NCBI GenBank assembly: GCA_038060895.1
Contig: JBBTCT010000005.1
Span: 63,551 to 127,550 of the forward strand
Length of the DNA: 64,000 bases
Direction: 5' to 3'
Origin: Planctomycetota bacterium
Lineage (GTDB): Bacteria; Planctomycetota; MHYJ01; WSZJ01
Shown: positions 20,432 to 28,838 of the stretch, one piece after another
Layout: every line of letters starts with the position of its first letter
Position numbering within the stretch: position 1 is the stretch's first letter
Notes under the pieces: generated by a model
The model's database searches: none
The model's input: only the letters and a program-made list of their open reading frames with translations
What the model was told of the DNA's origin: nothing
Position numbers and translations under genes: made by a program

Positions 20432-20535
20432 AATTCTGAATATCGAATATCTAATATCGAATTCTGAATGAACGGCACCCTTCAAACGATGTCGTTCATT
20501 CATGATTCAATATTAGATATTCGATATTCAAAATT
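20432..20535. repeat. AT-rich ~104-bp imperfect palindrome built from heptamers
   Basis: aattctgaatatcgaatatctaatatcgaat pairs with attcaatattagatattcgatattcaaaatt (2 mismatches); inner arms tgaatgaacggca/tgtcgttcattca. Confidence 0.85.
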
Positions 20536-20630
20536 ACTCCTTCCCCCTGATTCACGCGAAAGCCCTTTCTACGTAAGCACCATATAGGCGCAGGGGTTAG
20601 AATGCTCCTCGGCCTGCACCCGGAGACCGC

Positions 20631-21332
20631 ATGATCCTCGACAAGATCAAGAAGCTGATGGGCCTCGGCTCGATCCCCGACGAGGTCGCCCCGATCTACA
20701 AGGGCGCCAAGTCGGAACGCGAGGCTCTCGAACTCCTCCGCGACGCCCGCCGCCGCGACGAGGACCGCCGTAACCGCGCCCTCGAGGACGTCGAAATCCT
20801 CCAGGGCAAGGAAGGCGAGCTCATGGAGGAGGGCAAGCGCGAAACCGACCAGAACCGCCGGCTCTCCCTCGCCCGCAAGATCAAGGACGTCCGCTGGAAG
20901 GTCGAGGAGATCGAAACCAAGGTCGAAAACATCTTCAACAAGCGCATCCGCATCTACAAAGAACACGTCGCGTCGCTCGAAACCCTCGTCGCGCTCGCGG
21001 AAGAGCCGCTTCCGTCGTCCAAGCAGCTGGAAGACGCGGCGATCAAGGCGAAAGAGAAGCGCGAGGACCTGGACAAGACCGTCGCGATGGCGGAGGGAAT
21101 GTCGCTCGACAAGAACGCGGAGCCGGTGCTGGACGAAGAAGAGAAGTCGATTCTGGCGGAGTTCGAGAAGCACGATGACTCCAAGCTGGAGCAGGACGAG
21201 CTGGCCGCGCTGACGAAGCAGAGGCCGGAAGACGAGTTCGCGAAGCTGGAGAAGACGGCGCGCAAGAAGGAGCGGCCGTCGAAAGAAGCGCCGAAGAAGC
21301 AGGCTGAGTCAGAAGAGGAGGAGCTCGAATGA
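20631..21332 (+). CDS. ESCRT-III/Snf7-like helical protein 1
   Basis: Amphipathic N-terminus MILDKIKKLMG, long helical hairpin, acidic tail; RBS GGAG; in the cluster with the Vps4-like ATPase. Confidence 0.55.
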   Translation: MILDKIKKLMGLGSIPDEVAPIYKGAKSEREALELLRDARRRDEDRRNRALEDVEILQGKEGELMEEGKRETDQNRRLSLARKIKDVRWKVEEIETKVENIFNKRIRIYKEHVASLETLVALAEEPLPSSKQLEDAAIKAKEKREDLDKTVAMAEGMSLDKNAEPVLDEEEKSILAEFEKHDDSKLEQDELAALTKQRPEDEFAKLEKTARKKERPSKEAPKKQAESEEEELE

Positions 21333-21994
21333 GCGCGGCCAGCGACATGATGGACTGGCTGTTCAAGCGGCGCCGCCGCATCACGGACTTCAAGCCGGAG
21401 GAGTTGCGGCGCGAGGAAAAGCGGCTGGAGATCCGTGAAAACCAGCTCGTGGCGCAGCAGGAAAAACTCGACCGCGAGAAGGAAGACATCTTCCAGCAGG
21501 GCGTGAAGAACAAATCGGTCGTGCGCCGGCGGATGTACGCGCGGCGCTTCAATGATCTGATGAGCCGCCTGCGGCTGATGGACCGCGAGCTGTCGCGGGT
21601 TTCGAAAGAGGTGATGACGCTGTCGCGGATCCGCGCGCTGGTGGAACGCACGAAGAGCCCGAAGTCTGTCACCGGAATCCTGAACAAACTGACGGATTCC
21701 AATCTCGACGAACTGCAGGCGCTGCTGGAAGACGACAAGATCGGCGAAGAGTTCTACCTGCAGAAGCTGGACATGCTTCTGGGCGTGGCCAACGACCCCG
21801 CGTACGACGCGACCGAGATCGGATCCGAGGGGATGGAAGTCCTCAAGACGTGGGAGGCGATGGACGAGGGGGAGATGGAGTTCGACGAAGGCCTGAAACA
21901 GGCTGAAACGGGGATCAAGGAACGCGGAGAGGGACGCAAAGAAAAGCCGCAGCACGAGAAGGAGAAGGACGAGGAGCAGGAGGAGGCCACCTAG
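21329..21994 (+). CDS. ESCRT-III/Snf7-like helical protein 2
   Basis: MMDWLFKR start, basic helical N-half and acidic C-half; ATGA overlap; paralog of the next gene. Confidence 0.6.
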   Translation: MSAASDMMDWLFKRRRRITDFKPEELRREEKRLEIRENQLVAQQEKLDREKEDIFQQGVKNKSVVRRRMYARRFNDLMSRLRLMDRELSRVSKEVMTLSRIRALVERTKSPKSVTGILNKLTDSNLDELQALLEDDKIGEEFYLQKLDMLLGVANDPAYDATEIGSEGMEVLKTWEAMDEGEMEFDEGLKQAETGIKERGEGRKEKPQHEKEKDEEQEEAT

Positions 21995-22603
21995 ATGAGC
22001 CTGATCGACCTTTTCAAGCGGCCGAAGCGGATGGCCGACCTGAAGCTGGAGGAAGTGAGACGGGAAGAAGCCCGCCTTTCGCTGCGCGAGACGCAGGCGA
22101 TTGCGCGGCTCGAGCAGATGGAGCGCGACAAGGAGGAGATTTTCCGCAAGGGGACGAAGATAAAGTCCGGCATCAGGCGGAAACAGCTCGCCCGCCAGTT
22201 CGAGCAGAAGAAGAACGAGATCGCGATTTCAGAGCGCGAGCTGAACCGGCTCGGCAAGGAAGCGGTGACGATCGCGGCGATCCGGACGGCCATCCAGCGC
22301 AAGACGGACATGAAGAAGAGCGTGCTGTCGATCCTGAACCTGGCCGAGGAAGGAGAGCTGCAGCGACTCCTCGAGGACGACAAGATTTCGTACGACCTCT
22401 ACATGGAGCGCCTCGGCGAAATCGCCGACACCGCCAACGATCCTTCGAGGGACATCATCAGCGAGGTCGGCAAGGAAGGGGCCGAGCTCCTCGACATCTG
22501 GCAGAAGATGGACGACGGCGAGATCGAGTCGTTCGACACGGGGTTGAAACTCGCGGAAGAAAAAGCCAGGGAGAAGCCGCTGCCTGAAGAAGAAACAGAG
22601 TGA
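21995..22603 (+). CDS. ESCRT-III/Snf7-like helical protein 3 (tandem paralog of protein 2)
   Basis: Shares LFKR, RREE.RL..RE.Q, LLEDDKI, ANDP, G.EG.E.L..W..MD.GE with 21329..21994; TAG-ATG junction. Confidence 0.6.
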   Translation: MSLIDLFKRPKRMADLKLEEVRREEARLSLRETQAIARLEQMERDKEEIFRKGTKIKSGIRRKQLARQFEQKKNEIAISERELNRLGKEAVTIAAIRTAIQRKTDMKKSVLSILNLAEEGELQRLLEDDKISYDLYMERLGEIADTANDPSRDIISEVGKEGAELLDIWQKMDDGEIESFDTGLKLAEEKAREKPLPEEETE

Positions 22604-22610
22604 TCCTGCG

Positions 22611-23102
22611 ATGAGAGTGGCGACGAGCGGCGACCCGACCGTGGCGATGTGGGCGGCGCAGCGTTACGACCCCGCGTCGGCGCTTCGAACGGCCTGGGGG
22701 AAACTGTTCCGCATCGTGGCGTGGTGCACGGCGGCGCCCTCATTCGGGCTGCTCGCATGGAGCACCATCGCATACGCGCGCCTCGACGGGCCTTCGGGTC
22801 TCCAGACGCTCGGCTACTTCCTGAACGACTACGTCGCCGCGTGCGGCGTCGGGCTCGCCGCGCTTTTCGCGTCGATCGCACTCCCCCGCCTCCGGCGCCG
22901 CGACGTGCCGATGCTCTTCGGCGGGTGCGCGGCCGCCATCCTGCTCCTTTACCTGCCGAGTCTCTTCAACGCCTGGCCCGTGCTGCGCGAGAAGAAAATG
23001 CCCGCCACTGCCGTCGTCCCGCTGGCTTTCCCGTTCGCGCTCCTCTCGATCGCGGCTGCGGCCGCGGTGCTGGCGAAGCGCCCCAGGCCAAGGGCGGCGT
23101 AA
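22611..23102 (+). CDS. Small integral membrane protein (~4 TM)
   Basis: Four hydrophobic stretches; lies 7 nt after the upstream stop and 3 nt before the ATPase start. Confidence 0.65.
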   Translation: MRVATSGDPTVAMWAAQRYDPASALRTAWGKLFRIVAWCTAAPSFGLLAWSTIAYARLDGPSGLQTLGYFLNDYVAACGVGLAALFASIALPRLRRRDVPMLFGGCAAAILLLYLPSLFNAWPVLREKKMPATAVVPLAFPFALLSIAAAAAVLAKRPRPRAA

Positions 23103-23105
23103 ACC

Positions 23106-24329
23106 ATGGACCTCTACACGCCCATCAAGCAGGCGCTGACGAAAGCCAAGGAACTCTACGAGGCGCGCGAGCACGACAAGGCCGCCGCTTCCTACGACAA
23201 GGCCGCTTCCCTCATGTCGATCTACGCCGAGCAGGCGATCGGGCGCGACGCGGAGATGAGGCGGCGCAAGAAGGCGGTGGAGTACCGCGAGATCGCCAAG
23301 AAGCTGCGCAGCGGCGAGATTGAAGCGCCCGGCGCGAAAGACGACCGCGATGACAATGGAAGCGCCGCACCGGCGGCGGCCGCCGCGGAAGGCAAGCAGG
23401 CAAAAGCCGCCGGCGAGGTCAAGGCGGCCGTGCTCTCGCTGATCAAGACCTCTTCGATCGGCTGGGGAGACATCGGCGGACTGGAGCCGACAAAGGAAGA
23501 AATCAAGTTTGCGCTCGGGATCACTCTGGCGAAGCAGCCGGCGAACGTGCAGCTCTCGGCCTGGACGAACATCCTGTTCTACGGACCGCCCGGGACCGGG
23601 AAGACGCTTCTCGCCGCCGCGACGTCGCACGCGATCCGGAACTCGGACGACATCCAGGCGGTGTTTTTCAACGTGAAGGTGTCGTCGATCCTCTCGAAGT
23701 ACTTCGGCGAGTCGTCGAAGATCATCAGCGAGCTCTACGGCACGGCCCGTGACACGTCGCCGGCCGTCATCTTCCTCGACGAATTTGAGTCGGTCGCTGG
23801 GAAGCGCGACGACCAGGACTCGGGGCCGGAGCGGCGGATCATGTCGACGCTGCTTTCCGAGCTGGACGGGATGGAGGCGAAGGGGCGCCGGGACATCTAC
23901 GTGCTGACGATTGCGGCGACGAACCGGCCGTGGGATCTCGACCCCGCGGTGCTGAGCCGGTTTGAGAAGAAGATCCTGATTCCGCTTCCGGACATGGTCG
24001 CGCGGCGTGAAATCCTGAGGATCCACCTCGACAAGCGCGGCTTCCAGGTGAACGCGGACGCCGCGCAACTGGCCACCGCGACGGAGGGGTACAGCGGGCG
24101 CGAGATCGAGCGGCTGTGCAAGGAGGTCACCACGCGGATGGTGGCGGAGATGAACCGGGAGATTCCGGGGCTGATCGACAAGGGGCTGGACACGGTGAGG
24201 ACCTACCAGCTCAAAGTGAGGCCGCTGGGAATGGGGGATTTCCAGAAAGCGATCGCGAAGCTCCATCCGCAGACGACGGCGGCCGACGTGAAGAAGTACA
24301 ACGAGTGGAGAGAGGCGCAAGTGGAGTAA
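23106..24329 (+). CDS. Vps4/CdvC-like AAA+ ATPase with N-terminal MIT-like domain
   Basis: Three-helix N-terminus (QALTKAKELYEAREHDKAAASYDKA...KKAVEYREIAKKL); W.DIGGLE; Walker A GPPGTGKT; pore loop SKYFGES; Walker B IFLDE; SRH AATNRPWDLDPAVLSRFEKKILIPLPD; GYSG.EI; C-terminal helix DVKKYNEW. Confidence 0.85.
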   Translation: MDLYTPIKQALTKAKELYEAREHDKAAASYDKAASLMSIYAEQAIGRDAEMRRRKKAVEYREIAKKLRSGEIEAPGAKDDRDDNGSAAPAAAAAEGKQAKAAGEVKAAVLSLIKTSSIGWGDIGGLEPTKEEIKFALGITLAKQPANVQLSAWTNILFYGPPGTGKTLLAAATSHAIRNSDDIQAVFFNVKVSSILSKYFGESSKIISELYGTARDTSPAVIFLDEFESVAGKRDDQDSGPERRIMSTLLSELDGMEAKGRRDIYVLTIAATNRPWDLDPAVLSRFEKKILIPLPDMVARREILRIHLDKRGFQVNADAAQLATATEGYSGREIERLCKEVTTRMVAEMNREIPGLIDKGLDTVRTYQLKVRPLGMGDFQKAIAKLHPQTTAADVKKYNEWREAQVE

Positions 24330-24340
24330 CAACGCTTTCG

Positions 24341-24420
24341 CCCTTGCCCTTGCCCGTGCCCTTGCCCACATCACGATCGATGACTCGTGCGGTGGGCAAG
24401 GGCATGGGCAAGGGCAAGGG
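24341..24420. repeat. ~80-bp palindrome of (CCCTTG)n/(CAAGGG)n hexamers
   Basis: cccttgcccttgcccgtgcccttgcccac ... gtgggcaagggcatgggcaagggcaaggg, with inner cacga/tcgtg. Confidence 0.85.
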
Positions 24421-24477
24421 AAACGACCTGGACGCACCTGGCCGAGGTAGAATTACTACCCTTCCCCGGAGAAAACC

Positions 24478-25074
24478 ATGGGCATCTTCAAGTCCCGCGA
24501 AGAAAAACGCATCGAACGCGACCTCGAGGTCCGCAAGGGCATCGCTTCCATCAAGCGCAACCTCAAGGACATGGATAAGCACACGAAGGAATACATCGAC
24601 AAGGCCAAGAAGGCCAAGCGCATCGGCGACAACGACCAGCTCAAATTCATCAAGAGCGCTCTCAAGAAAACCGCTCTCGGCAAGAAGATGCGCGAGCGCC
24701 AGCTCCTCTCGCTCGAGACCGCCATGCAGATCAAAAACCAGGCGGAGTCCGACGGCGAATTCGCCCGGGCGATGATGGAAGTCTCCAAGTCGATCTCCGA
24801 GGTCTACGGCTCCACCGACCTGGCCAAGACCCAGAAGAATTTCGAACGCGCCATGATGCAGGCCGAAACGCTGCAGGACCGCATGCAGATCGTCGTCGAG
24901 TCCATGTCCGACACGCTCTCGACCTCCGACGAGGACGCCGAGAAGATCCTCAGCGACAAGGACATAGACAAGATGATCGACGACGAAGCGGTACACGAGG
25001 AGAAGGGCGAGCTGGACAAGGAGATCGAGAAGGGGCTGAAGGAGATCGAAGAGGAGATGGGGAAGGAGTCCTGA
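24478..25074 (+). CDS. ESCRT-III (Snf7/Vps2/Vps24/CdvB-like) protein 4
   Basis: MGIFK start; basic hairpin 'KAKKAKRIGD'; 'ARAMMEVSKSI...DLAKTQKNFE.AM' helix pattern; acidic 'DKDIDKMIDDEA'; MIM1-like tail DKEIEKGLKEI. Confidence 0.75.
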   Translation: MGIFKSREEKRIERDLEVRKGIASIKRNLKDMDKHTKEYIDKAKKAKRIGDNDQLKFIKSALKKTALGKKMRERQLLSLETAMQIKNQAESDGEFARAMMEVSKSISEVYGSTDLAKTQKNFERAMMQAETLQDRMQIVVESMSDTLSTSDEDAEKILSDKDIDKMIDDEAVHEEKGELDKEIEKGLKEIEEEMGKES

Positions 25075-25146
25075 AGTATGTAGGAAGTGGCCTTTTTGGA
25101 CGGGGATGAGGGATTTTCGAAGCTCAGAGCGAGCGCGAGAGTGACT

Positions 25147-26487
25147 ATGCCAGAACCATGGGAAGCAAAATGGCGGCTGATCCGTTCAATCGGAGAGGGT
25201 GGCCAAGGGGTTACCCACCTCGTTTCCGACAGGGCAGAGCCCTGCCGCATGGGCGCACTCAAATTGCTGAAAAACAACAAAAGCAGCGAAGCACGAACGC
25301 GGATGCTTCAAGAAGTGACGAATCTTCAAGTCGTCCACACTCAGAAGGGGCGAGTTCCGGACGTGCTCGATTCCAATGTTCAGTTCCACGCCGAGAACGT
25401 TCCTCTCTACTTTGTCATGGAGTACGTCGACGGCGTAACCCTGACCAAGCGAGTGAGGGAGTGCGGCGCCCTATCTGTTCAGGACTCGTTGAGCCTGTGT
25501 CTCTCGATCTGCAGAACGCTAGAGATCGCGCACCGGTTCAGCATTCAGCACCGCGATTTGAAACCGGACAATGTACTGATTCCGACCTCGCGTCCCGCGG
25601 AACCCATCCTTGTTGACTTCGGGCTCTCCTTCAATGAAGAAGACCACGACTCGGTCACGAGAACCAACGAGACGATTCAGAATCGGTTTCTAGCTCTCCC
25701 AGAACTTCGGGTACCTGGCGCGTCAAAACGCGACACCCGCTCCGATGTGACTGCAGTGTGCGGAATGCTCTACTTTTGCCTGACCGGATTCGAGCCCGTT
25801 GACTTGAGTGACGGGTCTGGCAGAGCCCCTCACCGCAGACCTGTTCCTCACGGCTTCCCGGTCGAATTGCAGAAGTCTCAACTGGCTGCGCTGTTCGACC
25901 GAGGATTTCAGATTGATATTGGAAACAGATTTCAGTCGATCGAAGAACTCATTCAGAGGGTTCTGCACGTTCAGAGTGATGCGCCCGACAAATCGGTCGA
26001 CCTGGTTGAGAAGGCAAGGGTGGCGAGTTCAGAGCTTCGCCGAAGAAGTAGCAAGCGCCGAGCCGCAGTCTTTCAGACTTGCGTTGGAGTCTTTGGGGCA
26101 AAGCTAGCCGACTTTGTCCAACGACTGAACGGCACCATCGCCGACTTCTCAGTAAGCCACGGATCAAAGACACCCGGAATGCCACTGCCAGCTGGAAGTG
26201 TTCAGATTCTCGACGTGAGCCACTCAGTAACGTTGAGCTTGAAGGGTCATCAAAACTCCTGTTCCTTTATCTACAACTGCGCGCTCGAGGAAAACCAGAT
26301 GGTCCTACTTCGAAGTCGGCTTAGATACGGAATTCCTGATCCTTGGAATCCCCCTTCTGAGAATTGGGAACGGGTCGCATATTTCCCCACGCCAGAAGAA
26401 CTTGATTTCGCTCCGATCGAAGCGGATCTCAGATCGACACTTGCGTTTGGGATGGAACTCATGGTCGACAAGCTCGGAGATGCCTAG
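25147..26487 (+). CDS. Ser/Thr protein kinase with lower GC content
   Basis: GEGGQG, ALK, HRDLKPDN, DFG, LPE, DV...CG; many A/T-ending codons relative to flanking genes. Confidence 0.88.
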   Translation: MPEPWEAKWRLIRSIGEGGQGVTHLVSDRAEPCRMGALKLLKNNKSSEARTRMLQEVTNLQVVHTQKGRVPDVLDSNVQFHAENVPLYFVMEYVDGVTLTKRVRECGALSVQDSLSLCLSICRTLEIAHRFSIQHRDLKPDNVLIPTSRPAEPILVDFGLSFNEEDHDSVTRTNETIQNRFLALPELRVPGASKRDTRSDVTAVCGMLYFCLTGFEPVDLSDGSGRAPHRRPVPHGFPVELQKSQLAALFDRGFQIDIGNRFQSIEELIQRVLHVQSDAPDKSVDLVEKARVASSELRRRSSKRRAAVFQTCVGVFGAKLADFVQRLNGTIADFSVSHGSKTPGMPLPAGSVQILDVSHSVTLSLKGHQNSCSFIYNCALEENQMVLLRSRLRYGIPDPWNPPSENWERVAYFPTPEELDFAPIEADLRSTLAFGMELMVDKLGDA

Positions 26488-26627
26488 TAACCAGTTTGCG
26501 ATTAGCGCGGAGATTGAGGATCTTCGCAGGTAGATTCGGCAGCTGGCAGTAGCTTGTCGAAGTCGCCGAGTCAGTTGATGATTCCGGTCTACCGGCGCCA
26601 AAGCCAACACTTGGAGACAACTAAATC

Positions 26628-28613
26628 ATGAATTCCCTAGGCATGATCATGCTGCCCGTCCTCGCTCTGGCCGCAGTCTCCGGATGCTCCGACGGCCCCG
26701 AGCCCTCCACGGTCTCCGCGCTGGGTGTCGGCGGTGCGCAGGAGGACGCGGAAGAGGCGGCGGCTGCGGACTTCGCGGCCGTGAAAGCGGGGGTGGAGAA
26801 GGCGGGACTTTTCGACGAGAAGGACCTCTTCATGTCGATCGACCCGGTGGAACCGCCAAAAGGCCGTGCGGGAGCGTGGCCGCGGGTGGCGCGGTTTGAA
26901 ATCCTGCGCAAGCCTGAGCTAAAGGTGATCGTCGGGACGTTCGACCTCGAGAAGGCAGCGGTGCTTGAATCGCGCGAGGTGAAGGACGTGGAGCCATGGC
27001 TCACGGACAGCGAACTGCTGGAGGACATCCAGCGGATCGTTCTGGCGGACGCCGGTGTGCAGGAAGAGCTGGCGCACCGGGGAATCCCTGTCGTGGATCA
27101 GCAGCGGCGCGTGCGGGTCGACCCTTGGGCGACGGGCGCACGGTCTGCGCCGTCGGGGCACGGGCAGCGGCTGGCGCGGTGTCTGTTCTTCGAGAGGTCG
27201 TCCGAGGGAACGTACTACACGCACCCGATCGAAGGCGTGACGGCGCTGGTGGACCTGGCATCCGAGAAAGTGCTCTCGGTCGAAAAGGACCCGGACCTCT
27301 TCCCTGTCTCGTCGCGTTCGCGGCTGCTCACCAGCGAACTCAAGGGCCTCCAGCGCCTGGAATCCAGCATGCCCGACGGCGTGTCGTTCGTGGCAGACGG
27401 GAACAACGTGGCCTGGTGGAAGTGGAAGCTCCGCTGGTCGTTCAATGCGCGCGAGGGGCTGGTGATCCACGGGGCGACGTTCGACGACGCCGAGGGGAAG
27501 GCGCACGACGTGCTGGCGCGCGGGTCGATTTCGGAAATCGCAGTGCCTTACGCGCCTTCGTCGCCGACATGGGGGTGGAGGTGCGCGATGGATGAGGGGG
27601 AATACGGGCTGGGGCGGTGCAGCACGCCGCTGACGCCGGGGAAGGTGACCCCCGCGTTCGCGAAATCGTTCCACTGCGCCATCGCCGACGAGTTCGGAGA
27701 CGTGTCGCTCAAGGAGCACGCGGTCGCGATCTACGAGCGGTCGCGTGGGCCGCTGTGGATGCATAACGAGGAATGGCCCGCGGACTCGGGATACGCCGTG
27801 ACGCCGTTCGAGGAAGACCGTGAGCTGGTGATCTGCACGCTGGCAACCGTCGGCAACTACGACTACCTCTTCGAGTGGTCGTTCACGCTCTCCGGCGCCG
27901 TGCGCCTGCGCGTTTCGCTTCACGGAATCCTGCTCTCGTCCGGAACCCAGGACAAGACCTGCGCCGAGTGCCGCGCGGTGGTGGACGCGGACGACACGCT
28001 CCTGTCCCGGCACCTCGTCGAGGCCAACACAGGGGCGCCGCTTCACCAGCACCTCATCAGTGTCCGCCTCGACCTCGATGTGGACGGTGAGAAGAACAGC
28101 GTGACGGAAGAGGACGCCGGGGGTGCGGACAAGGGGAAGGCGTACTACACGTGGAAGCGGCGGACGCTGAAAACGGAGAAGGACTCGGTGCGCGAGGCGG
28201 GCGCGTCGCCGGCGTTCGGGTGGAGAGTGGAGAATCCGGGCAAGACGACGTCGCTTGGGCACCATCCGTCGTACCGGGTGCTGCCTCATTCCCACGGCAA
28301 GCCCGTGATCGTGGCGGACGACCCTTTCGTGAAGAAGGCGTGGTTTGCGCGCCATGAACTCGCGGTGACGCGGTACGACGCTTCGCAGCTGTTCGCCTGC
28401 GGCGACTACGTGCTGAGCGAATCGCCGGGCGGGACGCTGGAGACCTGGGTTGCGGACGACCAGCCGGTGGCCGGCGAAGACGTCGTCTGCTGGGTGACGC
28501 TGTCGGCGGTGCACCTGCCGTGTGCGGAGCAGTGGCCGATCATGCCGCCGGTGACCGTGGGCGTGGACCTGATGCCGGACGACTTTCTTTCCGAAAGCCC
28601 CACGGTCCGGTGA
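26628..28613 (+). CDS. Copper/TPQ primary amine oxidase, probable lipoprotein
   Basis: TPQ consensus GNYDY, Cu ligands HQH and HLP, catalytic-base region MDEGEYG, WPIMP; lipobox-like AVSGC. Confidence 0.9.
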   Translation: MNSLGMIMLPVLALAAVSGCSDGPEPSTVSALGVGGAQEDAEEAAAADFAAVKAGVEKAGLFDEKDLFMSIDPVEPPKGRAGAWPRVARFEILRKPELKVIVGTFDLEKAAVLESREVKDVEPWLTDSELLEDIQRIVLADAGVQEELAHRGIPVVDQQRRVRVDPWATGARSAPSGHGQRLARCLFFERSSEGTYYTHPIEGVTALVDLASEKVLSVEKDPDLFPVSSRSRLLTSELKGLQRLESSMPDGVSFVADGNNVAWWKWKLRWSFNAREGLVIHGATFDDAEGKAHDVLARGSISEIAVPYAPSSPTWGWRCAMDEGEYGLGRCSTPLTPGKVTPAFAKSFHCAIADEFGDVSLKEHAVAIYERSRGPLWMHNEEWPADSGYAVTPFEEDRELVICTLATVGNYDYLFEWSFTLSGAVRLRVSLHGILLSSGTQDKTCAECRAVVDADDTLLSRHLVEANTGAPLHQHLISVRLDLDVDGEKNSVTEEDAGGADKGKAYYTWKRRTLKTEKDSVREAGASPAFGWRVENPGKTTSLGHHPSYRVLPHSHGKPVIVADDPFVKKAWFARHELAVTRYDASQLFACGDYVLSESPGGTLETWVADDQPVAGEDVVCWVTLSAVHLPCAEQWPIMPPVTVGVDLMPDDFLSESPTVR

Positions 28614-28838
28614 CTTCGATGTGGAGTTTGAATTGAACCTGGCGACAGGATCAAGCAAGGCAGGAGGCAGGGGGTAGGAATGGCCACTCGATCGATGGTC
28701 GTTCCTGCCTCCTACCAGTTACCCGCTACCCACTCGTTCTGCAATCGGCCCCTTGCGAAACCGTTTCCTTGATATACTTCGCCCCACGTTATGCCGGGCC
28801 TGAGACCTCTTCCCTGCCCCGCTCCCGGAAAGGTGCCG

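Noticed and set aside
20631-22603. Reading the helical proteins as ordinary PspA/Vipp1 or SMC-like fragments
   Set aside because: No recognisable PspA N-terminal pattern (e.g. EDP..L) or Walker motifs; the MIT-AAA and Snf7-like neighbours favour ESCRT-III, though this needs structural confirmation.
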